Virus record (IMG/VR): IMGVR_UViG_3300021414_000003
Coordinates: 1 to 58,070 of that record
Origin: a virus
Lineage: Duplodnaviria > Caudoviricetes
DNA: 58,070 nucleotides
Strand: one strand, 5' to 3'
Shown: positions 27,790 through 36,669 of the stretch, in pieces
How the letters are laid out: each line of letters begins with the position of its first letter
Numbering within the stretch: position 1 is the first letter of the stretch
The notes under the pieces: generated by a model
The model's database searches: none
What the model was told of the DNA's origin: nothing
Seen by the model: only the letters and a program-made list of their open reading frames with translations
Program-made: the position numbers and the translations under genes

Positions 27790-29468
27790 ATCGTTATGCC
27801 TTCGTCGTAAATTGAGCGAGTCGACACAGCGACGGGATTCAGTGCCATCAGGTACACCGCGTTGAAAAGAGCCATCAGCGGGTCGATCTTAGCTTTGCCC
27901 GAGGCCGCCTTCGTTACCGAAATCGCGTTACCGCGGTCCTCGATTCGCGCGTTGCTGACGCACCAGGCCATCATGGGTGTGGCGCCATGCACTAAGTCGC
28001 CGCCAGCGATTTTTCGCTCGGTAGTTTTGATCGCGCCGTTCAGTCTCCAGCCTTGAGAGACCGCGACGATCTGCTCGATGTTGATATCCCGGCCGGGAGA
28101 TACCAGTTCATCGACAATGTCGGTGATGCCGGCAGCATCCACGCCGATTGCGTTCTTTTCTGGGAGTAGCCCGGCGTCGCGCACGCGACAGATGACGTCC
28201 GCCACTTCTTTGACGTCATCGCCAGGTCGTTCGACGATCGTCAAATCGCCCTGCGCCTTGAAGTCGAGGAGCGCTGGAGCGATCTCTTTGCGTCGCTCGA
28301 GCGCGATTTCATGACACCAAGCATGCGACCAGGTCAACCAGCGGCCAGTCGCGATCTCGCGACCGACCAGTGTCAGGCCCAACAAGTCATCCAGACCGCC
28401 GCCGTCGATGCCGGCCACGACCACCTCGCTGTTTTCAAGCAGGTAGCCCAGGGTGACATTGACGGCGCCGGCGGCCTCCCAGAAATCCGTACCCGCCCAG
28501 CGGTCGGACCGCAGATTGAGTCCGATCTCTACGTTGAGATGCTTTGCAAGGAACTGCTGGAGCGTGCCATCGGTCTTGTTCTGGTTTTTTTTAAGCTGAT
28601 CCTCAAGCCATTCCGCGCTCACAGAGCGCCCCATGTTTGGATTGGTAACGTAAAAATTACCAGGCTCGAGGTAGCCCTTGTTCTTGATCATCGCCGGCGG
28701 GAACTCGTAGAGCACGCCCAGCGTTTTCCGGTCGTCGATCTTTTCGTCGCGGACGTCACGCCAGTAGTTCAGTCGCTCCCGAAACACTCCGGCAGGGGGC
28801 TCATCACTCTGGGTTGTCAGGTAGATGACCCATCCTTCATCGCGCGACACCTGGCCGCCCAGGGCTTCCATGAACATCGCCTCAGCGTTCGCCCGCTTGC
28901 CAAACAGCCAGAGCTCGTCGACCAGCACCTTGCCGGACTTTTTGCCTGAGACCGTGTCGGTATCGGCAGCCACCACCTTGAGGCTGTTGCGGGTCGTGCG
29001 GTCCGTGATGGTTCGGATGTGGTCTTGGATATGGAAGATGTCCATCAGCTCGTCATCCGCGCGGATCATGCTCGCCGCAGGCTTGAAGCTGTTGTCCGCC
29101 ACCTCCTTGGTAGGCGCTAGAATGAGGTGCTCCTCCTCCTCGCGCCAGCACAGCATCAGGGCCGTGACCATGATTCCGGCTGCGATTGTAGATTTCGTGT
29201 TCTTCTTGCTGATCAGCAGCCCGAACTCGCGTATCAACTGCTTGCCGGAGTCGGAATCATATGCGCCGAAAATCGCGGCAACATAGTCAAAGACCCAAGC
29301 TTCGCTACACTCGCCGAATGTCGGCTTCCCTGGAAGGTCCGTTACGCGGAGCTGCCTGAATATCTTGAGGGCTTCCTCAGCCTGGTCCGGGAAGATCGGA
29401 GCGGGAATGATCGATTGCTTGCCGATCAGCCGCCGCTCCCAGTCGGGGCAACTTGTGGACCATTGCAT
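27786..29468 (-). CDS. terL: Terminase large subunit
   Basis: KKNTKST Walker A variant, VLVDELW Walker B, GIDGGGLDDL, KIDPLMA. Confidence 0.96.
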   Translation of the reverse strand: MQWSTSCPDWERRLIGKQSIIPAPIFPDQAEEALKIFRQLRVTDLPGKPTFGECSEAWVFDYVAAIFGAYDSDSGKQLIREFGLLISKKNTKSTIAAGIMVTALMLCWREEEEHLILAPTKEVADNSFKPAASMIRADDELMDIFHIQDHIRTITDRTTRNSLKVVAADTDTVSGKKSGKVLVDELWLFGKRANAEAMFMEALGGQVSRDEGWVIYLTTQSDEPPAGVFRERLNYWRDVRDEKIDDRKTLGVLYEFPPAMIKNKGYLEPGNFYVTNPNMGRSVSAEWLEDQLKKNQNKTDGTLQQFLAKHLNVEIGLNLRSDRWAGTDFWEAAGAVNVTLGYLLENSEVVVAGIDGGGLDDLLGLTLVGREIATGRWLTWSHAWCHEIALERRKEIAPALLDFKAQGDLTIVERPGDDVKEVADVICRVRDAGLLPEKNAIGVDAAGITDIVDELVSPGRDINIEQIVAVSQGWRLNGAIKTTERKIAGGDLVHGATPMMAWCVSNARIEDRGNAISVTKAASGKAKIDPLMALFNAVYLMALNPVAVSTRSIYDEGITI

Positions 29469-29470
29469 GC

Positions 29471-29935
29471 TTAAACCTTTTTCCCGCCGTTAGCCACCAG
29501 CTTCGGCGGGGTGGCGCGACCAAACCGGCTCGCCGCCTTCTGTGCTGCCTCCTGCTTCTGGTCCTTCTTGCCGCCCTCGCCCAGCTTCTGATGCTTAAAC
29601 GGGAGCATCGCCTTCGCTGCGTCGATCCGGAGCCGCAGGTCTGCGGCCGGCTCATTCATGACGTTGGTCAGAAATTCGACAGGATCGACAGTGTGCGGAA
29701 TTTCGACCGCATCGTCCGGCGGCCCAGGTGCTGCTGACGGCAGTTTCGCGCCAGTCGTTGCAGGGTTTTTCCGGTGCGCGTCGACGTAGGCTTTAACATC
29801 CGGGTCTTTAACATTTCGGGACCCGGCAGCGGACGCCGTTTTTTCACTGAAGCCAGCGCGAATTGCCGCTTCCTTATTCGAGAACCCGGCCAAAACGGCA
29901 TCGGCGAAGGCTCGCTTTTTGCCTGTTAAAGCCAT
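29471..29935 (-). CDS. terS: Terminase small subunit
   Basis: LT.KKRAF...AAIRAGFSEKTA HTH; upstream of terL. Confidence 0.9.
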   Translation of the reverse strand: MALTGKKRAFADAVLAGFSNKEAAIRAGFSEKTASAAGSRNVKDPDVKAYVDAHRKNPATTGAKLPSAAPGPPDDAVEIPHTVDPVEFLTNVMNEPAADLRLRIDAAKAMLPFKHQKLGEGGKKDQKQEAAQKAASRFGRATPPKLVANGGKKV

Positions 29936-30011
29936 TAACAAATTCCTCCAAGGGGGATTTTTTCTGCGCGTGAGAGACAAGGTGGTGTCCGAGGGCCGAC
30001 GGCCCCAGACT

Positions 30012-30356
30012 TCAGATACCCCCTCCCCATGGGGTGACCAGGCCGCCGGCGGCGCGCTGCCGCGCCTCGTGGGCGCTCTTGGCGTCATGGCAAGGCTGGC
30101 ACAGCAGCCACTTGTTGCTGTCCTCGTCGGTGCCTTCGGCCCAGAGAGGGATGATGTGGTCGACCGCGACGCCGACGGCTGTTCGACCTTTGGCTTTGCA
30201 TGCCTGGCACAGGCCGCAGTCTCGCTGACGGATGCGCTCTCGGTCCCGCATGCCAGCACTGCCGCGCTTCCGCTCGACCGTCGCGGTCGGCGCCGGCGCG
30301 AGCCGTGTGTTGATGGCAGGCTTGAGGCGGGATTGCAGGGTGCGAAGCTTCGCCAT
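30012..30356 (-). CDS. HNH endonuclease (packaging-associated)
   Basis: CQAC...VDHIIP...GTD..SN...LC.PCH..K; next to terS as in HK97-type cos phages. Confidence 0.92.
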   Translation of the reverse strand: MAKLRTLQSRLKPAINTRLAPAPTATVERKRGSAGMRDRERIRQRDCGLCQACKAKGRTAVGVAVDHIIPLWAEGTDEDSNKWLLCQPCHDAKSAHEARQRAAGGLVTPWGGGI

Positions 30357-30613
30357 CAGCGCCGTCGCTTCCGGCCCTTGCGGGTCGGTGGCGCCGATGC
30401 AGTCGGCAGCAGCTGGACGATCTCGGTGAGCGTCATCCACGGCTGCCCGTATCCTTTGGCGCGCAAGAGACGCTTAGCCTCGCAGCCATCGGCGAGCGAG
30501 TTACAGAAGTCTTCCAGCACGGTGGGCTGGTGTACCTGGCGCAGCATGGCCGGGCGATCAGGGACAACTGCGCGTATCAGCTCGTCGCGGTACATCTCGG
30601 CAGTCGGATTCAT
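30356..30613 (-). CDS. Hypothetical protein
   Basis: Coupled ORF in late operon. Confidence 0.65.
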   Translation of the reverse strand: MNPTAEMYRDELIRAVVPDRPAMLRQVHQPTVLEDFCNSLADGCEAKRLLRAKGYGQPWMTLTEIVQLLPTASAPPTRKGRKRRR

Positions 30614-30975
30614 ATGCCAGTCCCATTGATGTACCGCTCAATGGCTTCGGGAGGGAACGTCAGCCAGTCGCATGAAGGGTGATAAGACGTGCGCTCCATG
30701 TACTTGGCGTGCGCGACGTTGATTCGGTGGCGGTACCAGGTGTCGAAGTCAAGGGGCTCGACAGGCGGCAGCACTGCGACGCACTCGCCTTCCGTCAAGA
30801 TGATCGGGATATCACCCAGGCGCTCGCACAGGATCTCGCCTTTCCGGACTTGCGGCCGCATGTGGACGATGGTCGGGTTGCCGGCTGCATCGCGTGACAA
30901 CACCTCAACCTCGGCGCGGCGCAGCACGACCTCTTGACCGATCTGCACTCGCAGACTCGGGACTGTTCGATCCAT
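30610..30975 (-). CDS. Hypothetical protein
   Basis: ATGA-coupled ORF with GAGG SD. Confidence 0.6.
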   Translation of the reverse strand: MDRTVPSLRVQIGQEVVLRRAEVEVLSRDAAGNPTIVHMRPQVRKGEILCERLGDIPIILTEGECVAVLPPVEPLDFDTWYRHRINVAHAKYMERTSYHPSCDWLTFPPEAIERYINGTGI

Positions 30976-30985
30976 TGCTGGCCTC

Positions 30986-31639
30986 TTAATTGAACTGCAG
31001 GATCGTCAGCGCCTTGCCGAACACGGCGCCCGTATCGATGTAGTGAACGTTGCCGAGCGAGGTCGGCTGCTTCACCGGGGTGTGACCGACGAATACCATG
31101 GCCACGCCCGTGACGCCCGAGCAATCCTTACTCGTGATGCGCTCACGACTCCAGGCGCACGCCTCCGCAACGAGCTGCGCGCAGCCACCGGCAAGCGCGG
31201 CCTCCAGCCGTGGCCACGACTCGAACGGGCAGTCGGCGTGAACGATGCCGACGAGGCCCGTCGGCGTCTCCACCTCGATCGCAATCGGCAGCGCGTTGAA
31301 CGCATCGGCGAACGCCTTCCGCTCAGGTGCCGTCCTGCTGAGGAACCACGCACCACCATTCTGGATATAACAACCAGCGTCCATGTTGCCCGCGACTGCG
31401 TCGATGGCCATCTGCTCATGATTGCCGCGCACCGCGTGGAACCATGGCTTGTTCAGCCACTCGAGGGCCAGCTCGGAATCAGGTCCACGGTCGACCAGGT
31501 CGCCAACGCTGAACAGCCGGTCGCATGCTGAATCGAACCCGAGGACGGCCAGCTCAACCTCGAGCTTCCTGAAGCAGCCGTGGATGTCGCCCACGACGAA
31601 GTCCCTGCCGGTTGTATTCGCGGCGAAGTGCTGGAACAT
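30986..31639 (-). CDS. Ser/Thr protein phosphatase (NinI/PphA-like metallophosphoesterase)
   Basis: GDIHG, GDLVDRG, RGNHE, GHTP, IDTGA. Confidence 0.95.
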   Translation of the reverse strand: MFQHFAANTTGRDFVVGDIHGCFRKLEVELAVLGFDSACDRLFSVGDLVDRGPDSELALEWLNKPWFHAVRGNHEQMAIDAVAGNMDAGCYIQNGGAWFLSRTAPERKAFADAFNALPIAIEVETPTGLVGIVHADCPFESWPRLEAALAGGCAQLVAEACAWSRERITSKDCSGVTGVAMVFVGHTPVKQPTSLGNVHYIDTGAVFGKALTILQFN

Positions 31640-31650
31640 GGGCGACCTCA

Positions 31651-31689
31651 GAAATAAAAAGCCGCCAGCAGCGAGAACGCTACGGCGGC
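31651..31689 (-). terminator. Intrinsic terminator in late leader
   Basis: GCCGCC...GGCGGC stem followed by UUUUUAUUUC on minus strand. Confidence 0.7.
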
Positions 31690-32170
31690 GAAGTCCAGCC
31701 GAGAGACTGGAGGAGGCAAGTAGTGGTGGCCGGTGCTACACCCGGCAATGCCTAAGGAGGATTCAACAGGCGATTCGCGCCTGCGTCTCATTTCACCACA
31801 CAGCGGCCGGCTACCTCTCAAGTCCCAGACGGGAACAGCGAGGCGGCCAAGGCCGGTGTGTGGTCACTGGTTGCGCCAGTGAGGCGGCTACTTACAGCGT
31901 GTAGCGACGAGGCGCGCTTGGGTAGCGCTCGCCTGTTCTGGCCGATGCCAGGTCAAATTCGATTGTGTGTGTGCGCCGTCTCTTGAGTATCGCCGGGCGG
32001 GTGCTCCGGCACTCATCGGGCAACTGAGATCCCGTGCGCGTTTCGTCGCGCTTTCACGTGAAGACCAGATGCGGGAGCAGTGATTACTTCATGTGTCACC
32101 TCATTAGGTAGGTAGCCCGCCCCGAGTGAGGCGAGCCGAACGAGCCCCAGAGCTATCTACTAAGTGGGCC
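31690..32170 (-). ncRNA. Candidate structured late-leader RNA
   Basis: ~480 nt with no credible long ORF and many inverted repeats, between two terminators. Confidence 0.45.
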
Positions 32171-32176
32171 GTAAAC

Positions 32177-32214
32177 GAAAAAAGCCCGAACGTTTGAAGG
32201 TTCGAGCTTTTTTC
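32177..32214. terminator. Bidirectional terminator after Q-like gene
   Basis: GAAAAAAGC.CGAAC...GTTCGAGCTTTTTTC. Confidence 0.8.
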
Positions 32215-32245
32215 TAGGCGAGCAGAATCGCCCTATGCGCACAGT

Positions 32246-32680
32246 TTACGAGAAGTGCAGCCGAGTTGCAACATTGTTGCGCAATTTCTTTTCGAGGTCG
32301 TCGCGTGCATCCGTCAACACATCCTCGTACCGGGCATTTGGGAAGCGCCAAGCCGAAGCAATGCCCTGGCTTTTATAGATCGCCCAGCGGTGCTGCATCG
32401 TCAGGCTGTCGACCATGGCATTGACGGTCTCGCCCATCCGCAAGTCGGCGATGCGTTGCTGCGCGTGGACGTCGTGATCCACTTCCGCGTCGCTGGCCAG
32501 CTTCATGCCGCGCGAGCCTAGGTCCCGGTCGTCAACGCGCATGTAATCGCTCCAGCACGTCATCAGCTGGGCGTAAGCGTCCGGCTTGTCGAAAGCTGGG
32601 CGCGCCACTTCCTCCCGTCTAACTCGGCGAAGTTGTGGTGCGTGGATGGCGCCGAACGCAGCGCTTAGGGTCGCAGTCAT
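32246..32680 (-). CDS. Probable late regulator (Q-like antiterminator)
   Basis: Last early gene before late operon; sigma region 4-like C-terminus; mainly synteny. Confidence 0.6.
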   Translation of the reverse strand: MTATLSAAFGAIHAPQLRRVRREEVARPAFDKPDAYAQLMTCWSDYMRVDDRDLGSRGMKLASDAEVDHDVHAQQRIADLRMGETVNAMVDSLTMQHRWAIYKSQGIASAWRFPNARYEDVLTDARDDLEKKLRNNVATRLHFS

Positions 32681-32827
32681 GGTGTGATCTCCGTATGGAT
32701 GACCTGAGATTACCATGTGCCGTCAAAAACATTGCCGTGCCCGAACTTCTTTTGCTAGCCCTGCGTTGCATATTTTTCTCATTGATAGCCAGTTATCGGC
32801 GTCTTGTGAAACTTTTTTTATAATCCG

Positions 32828-34039
32828 TTACATTTGTTTATCCTGTGGCTTCCCCAACTTCTCGAGAAGCTCCCTCAGTTTTTCACCAGTTTCTTGCATC
32901 GTCTTGACGCCGCTCGCAGGGAATTGCCTAGCTCCAGTGCCAACTTCGCTGTCTTCCGAAACTGAAATTTTGCTTAGCTCTTCACGCCGTTGCGACTGAG
33001 TCATGCTGGTATCTGCCAAAATGCTATTGTAACGGCTTCTTATTATGTCATCTTGCAAACGCAACCTATTGTTAGCGATTCCCATTCTACTCATGCATGC
33101 TGACGCCATACTTTTCGGGTCTTTGTATGCTTCAGCATCAGAGCCTTGTCCTGCAGAGTTCTCTTGATTCTTAATGTTGCCAAACTTAGCAATACAGATC
33201 TGGAGGAAGTCATCAGTAAGTGTCACATTATCGACGATATGCTGAATGACCGAAGTAATCCCACTAACATCCGCCGGAGTGCTCGCCACTTTTGTATCTT
33301 TAAGGGAGCCAGAAGTCGTAGTAACCGCTTTTTCAGGCACCATGTTCGCTATAGACTTTAAAATTCCATCATTCGATGTTTTCAGTCTAACTATATCTAC
33401 TTGCGCCTCTTTTTTCCTTTCCTCGTTTATGCCAGGCACTTTAATCTCATTCTCCAGAGAATTTATTTTCGTGAATTGTTCTTCAAATACACTTTGAAGA
33501 AACGCGATCGCTGATCCTTGGGCAGAACCCGAGGCGCTAACTAACGCTGCTGACGCACTGACTACCCCCGTCATCTGCTCGATTGCAAGCAACGCCACAG
33601 TTTGCTTTTGATAGCGCCTAATGAGCAAGCTGTATTCTGAAGCACTGATTGCCTGGTTCATATACGCTTCACATGCCCTGAAAAATTGATCGCGCAAAAG
33701 CTGAATACTCTGCGTTCGCAGACCTACGAACGCGGCGCTCTCCGCACTAGCGAATGTCGTGCTCAGCGATTTCCCTGTGGGTAGCTTCCCTTGCGCGGCT
33801 AGATCAAAAGCATAAGCAGATAAAGCATCGGGACTGGGCTCTGCACAAACTACGGGATGCGTCGTAGTCGCCCCCTGGCCCTCATCGCGCATGGTGGATG
33901 CAAATATACCACGCTGCTTTATGTCAATCAGAACGCCTTGCCCATTAGAGGTGTCTAAAGTTCGGTGAATACTATTTAAATTACCACAGCCACCAAGACC
34001 ACATCCCACAAGCATTATTGCTGCAAAACATGATCTCAT
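32828..34039 (-). CDS. AT-rich moron lipoprotein of unknown function
   Basis: LGGC lipobox, CAEPSPDA and RTQSIQLLRD...R.CEAY.N motifs; composition differs from flanks. Confidence 0.8.
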   Translation of the reverse strand: MRSCFAAIMLVGCGLGGCGNLNSIHRTLDTSNGQGVLIDIKQRGIFASTMRDEGQGATTTHPVVCAEPSPDALSAYAFDLAAQGKLPTGKSLSTTFASAESAAFVGLRTQSIQLLRDQFFRACEAYMNQAISASEYSLLIRRYQKQTVALLAIEQMTGVVSASAALVSASGSAQGSAIAFLQSVFEEQFTKINSLENEIKVPGINEERKKEAQVDIVRLKTSNDGILKSIANMVPEKAVTTTSGSLKDTKVASTPADVSGITSVIQHIVDNVTLTDDFLQICIAKFGNIKNQENSAGQGSDAEAYKDPKSMASACMSRMGIANNRLRLQDDIIRSRYNSILADTSMTQSQRREELSKISVSEDSEVGTGARQFPASGVKTMQETGEKLRELLEKLGKPQDKQM

Positions 34040-34163
34040 GGAGTTCTCCGTTATTTGAGACTAGCTTGAACGATTTATAATAGTGATGAATTGGTCTTTG
34101 CTCAAGCACCATATCTTTTTGCCCCCTGAGCGTGAAAAAATTACAACATGCATTTTGAAGGGG

Positions 34164-34508
34164 CTAGAATTCTTCCAACAACCAGCCGCCGCCCTCCTTC
34201 TTCGGTTTCGCCTGGATCGCGACGAAGCGCATCGGGTACAGGTCGGCGGCGATCTTGATCTTCGCGCGCGCGTCGTCGAGCCAGTAGCCTTTCACTTCGT
34301 GCATCTCCAGCTGGCCGTCGGCGAGCATAACGGCGAAGTCCGGCGAGTAGAAGGTGTTGTCGGCCAGCCGTAGTTTGATCCCCTCGAACTTGAACCAGGC
34401 AACCTCGCCGGCGTGCCGCCGCTGCTCCAGCGTTGCGGCGTAGGCCTGCTCGGTCTTGTTCATGGCGCCGGTCTTGAGGCGGCCAAGTGCTTGCAGGCCG
34501 CGCTTCAT
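34164..34508 (-). CDS. DUF1064-like PD-(D/E)XK nuclease (putative resolvase)
   Basis: MNKTE..Y, YSPDF, HEVKG. Confidence 0.8.
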   Translation of the reverse strand: MKRGLQALGRLKTGAMNKTEQAYAATLEQRRHAGEVAWFKFEGIKLRLADNTFYSPDFAVMLADGQLEMHEVKGYWLDDARAKIKIAADLYPMRFVAIQAKPKKEGGGWLLEEF

Positions 34509-34846
34509 CGCTGCCGCTCCAGCAGCTTCATCGTGACCGCACTGACGATTGCATGGCGGACGGCACCGTCCTTTGATTCGCCGGCCTCGCGCGGCCACAT
34601 TAAGTCGAGCTCGTCGATTGCCCTGACAGTGGTCCATGGTTCGCCGATGCGCAAGACCTCTACGTGTTCGACCAGCAGTGGCCCGCAGTCGCGCCAGTCG
34701 CCCGTCCAGTTCGGCACCTTCGCCTGGTTACGGCACGCCGCCCCGCCCGGAGGAGGGGTTCCGAGCAGCGCGCCGCCGACGTCGAAAATGTCCGTCCAGC
34801 CGAGCAGCTCGGCCAAGCGGCGGTTTGCGGCGAGTGCCGCGATCAA
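34505..34846 (-). CDS. NinX-like protein
   Basis: TTG start overlapping upstream stop; P.W..DW..CGPL motif. Confidence 0.55.
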   Translation of the reverse strand: MIAALAANRRLAELLGWTDIFDVGGALLGTPPPGGAACRNQAKVPNWTGDWRDCGPLLVEHVEVLRIGEPWTTVRAIDELDLMWPREAGESKDGAVRHAIVSAVTMKLLERQR

Positions 34847-35133
34847 ACGGGCACCTGCAGCGCGTGGAATGCCAGCTTGCGCATGTCGGACAGGTGCTTC
34901 TCTGTGGCGGCGAGCGAACCGGCGCTGCCCGAGCCTTCCGTTGGCCGGAGGCCGCAGTCCCACAGTGCATCCATGAGGCGCTGTGCGTCATTCATCTGCA
35001 GCGACATCAGCGGGGGCGACAATTGGCCCTGCTCGCGCTTCTCGAAAGTGACGTGCCGGGCGATGTTGTCGCCGTCAAGTAAGTGCAAATCGATGGCGTC
35101 CATGATGATCTGCCGTTGTGCATAGAATTTCAT
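34843..35133 (-). CDS. Hypothetical protein
   Basis: Coupled ORF; AQ.LMD.LW.CGLRP. Confidence 0.7.
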   Translation of the reverse strand: MKFYAQRQIIMDAIDLHLLDGDNIARHVTFEKREQGQLSPPLMSLQMNDAQRLMDALWDCGLRPTEGSGSAGSLAATEKHLSDMRKLAFHALQVPV

Positions 35134-35420
35134 TCAATCCCCTTTTCGGTTTGTGCTTCGTGGTTTTTCTGCTTTTGCTTCTGCTTCTCGATCCACGCGC
35201 TGCGTGGTGCCATTGGGTTGGCCCAGACAAAGTGCACGCAGACCCGGTGATCCCAGGCTATGAACGGGTGGCGCAATTCGTAGCTCGTGCCGTCGTAGCC
35301 GGTGCACCGCCCTTCCCCGCGCTCCTTGAGTTCCGGGTAGCCGATGGTGGTGAAGTGTCGGCACCGGCCGCAAATCTCTTCCCATCGCTCCGTCACGCGA
35401 ATGCTCGCTGGCTCTCCCAC
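35130..35420 (-). CDS. Cys-rich hypothetical protein
   Basis: C..C.HF...G.C...C..F. Confidence 0.6.
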   Translation of the reverse strand: MGEPASIRVTERWEEICGRCRHFTTIGYPELKERGEGRCTGYDGTSYELRHPFIAWDHRVCVHFVWANPMAPRSAWIEKQKQKQKNHEAQTEKGIE

Positions 35421-36145
35421 GGGAAATTGCAGGGGTAGGCGTTGTCGCGCAGCCGGTCGTGCACGCGGTCGCCAACGAAGTCCTTGAGCGTGTCGAGCTT
35501 CTGGTTCGTGATTGCGATCATCGGCTTGTTGTTCGAATAACGCCTGTTGACGACCTCGGTGAGCAGGAGCTTCGCGTTGTCCTTGTCCGATACCGCGTCG
35601 ATCTCATCCAGGACGAGCAGGTCGTACCGGGCGAAGCGCGCGATCTCCGTTTCCTCGGCCTTGCCCTCCCGCCCGTAGCTGGACTGGATCTCGCTGATCA
35701 TGCCGCGCGCCGTGATGTACCGCGCCGAGCGCCCCGTCTTGGCGATGTAGGCCTCTGTCAGCTCGCAGGCCAGCAGCGTCTTCCCGGTGCCGACCTCGCC
35801 CACCATCAGCAGCACTGCCCAGCGCGGTGCCGGCGTGATGGCATCGCGGAACCTGGCTGCGATCGCGCGGATCGCTTTGTGCTCGTCGGTCAGGCCCTTG
35901 AAGCTTTGGCCGCGGTATCGCGCTGGGATGTCCGCCGCCTTCGCGACGTGCTCGCGGCGGTCTTTTGCCCAGATCGCGTCGAAGTCAGGGCGCTTCTGCT
36001 GGTCCAGGCAGTGCGGGCAATACCAGCCGGCGCCGGAACGGGCGAGCACCTTGCTTGCGCCGTGCTCGCCGCAGGAGCCATCGACGTATTGCAGCCGCGC
36101 GCCGAGACCCTCGATCAAACTCCCGACATGCTGGAAGCCGCTCAT
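35393..36145 (-). CDS. DnaC/IstB-like helicase loader ATPase
   Basis: Zn motif C..H...CP.C, GEVGTGKT, LLVLDE, DRL. Confidence 0.92.
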   Translation of the reverse strand: MSGFQHVGSLIEGLGARLQYVDGSCGEHGASKVLARSGAGWYCPHCLDQQKRPDFDAIWAKDRREHVAKAADIPARYRGQSFKGLTDEHKAIRAIAARFRDAITPAPRWAVLLMVGEVGTGKTLLACELTEAYIAKTGRSARYITARGMISEIQSSYGREGKAEETEIARFARYDLLVLDEIDAVSDKDNAKLLLTEVVNRRYSNNKPMIAITNQKLDTLKDFVGDRVHDRLRDNAYPCNFPWESQRAFA

Positions 36146-36669
36146 AGTGGAACGTCCTCAGCCGGGACCGCGATCGCGTGTCGCTGCATGAAGTTGTCCT
36201 GCGCGCCCTGGTCGCCCGACCGGTCGGCGCCGGCGAAGTTGAACTTCTGGCGCGGCAAAGCGATAGGCTTGGCACCAGCGGTATTGCTCGCTGCCGGCGG
36301 CGTCCAGTCGGAACCGAAGTGCTCATCGGGCCCGAAGAACGTCTCCGGCAGCTTCAGATGTTGGCCGGTCGCCTGAATGTAGGCAGAGTAGCCCCGCGCT
36401 CCGGCGAGCATCGTCTCGGCAGCCACACCGGACCTGATCCGCGCCGTCCAGGCCTTGAACGTCGCGCGCTTGTTTGCGCCCGGGCGCGTCGGGTAGGCCT
36501 GCCACGCCTCTTCGAACGCCGCCGGGTAGTCGTTTCGCTTCGGCTTGCCCGGCACCGCCGCGCTGCGCAGCGCTTCTAGCTCGTCCAGCAGCTCGTTGAT
36601 CGTCGAGGCCTTGAGCAGTACCGTCTCGGATTTCGCGGCCCGCTCGCGCAGTGGGGAATAGTCACGCAT
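36142..36669 (-). CDS. Short replication protein (C-terminal domain of O-type initiators only)
   Basis: YP..FE.AW.AYP.R.G..K...FKAW..R...TFFGP; upstream of loader; 175 aa. Confidence 0.75.
   Translation of the reverse strand: MRDYSPLRERAAKSETVLLKASTINELLDELEALRSAAVPGKPKRNDYPAAFEEAWQAYPTRPGANKRATFKAWTARIRSGVAAETMLAGARGYSAYIQATGQHLKLPETFFGPDEHFGSDWTPPAASNTAGAKPIALPRQKFNFAGADRSGDQGAQDNFMQRHAIAVPAEDVPL

Noticed and set aside
31690-32170. Phage tRNA genes in the late leader
   Set aside because: No cloverleaf with a TTCGA T-loop and CCA end could be built; kept only as a candidate structured RNA
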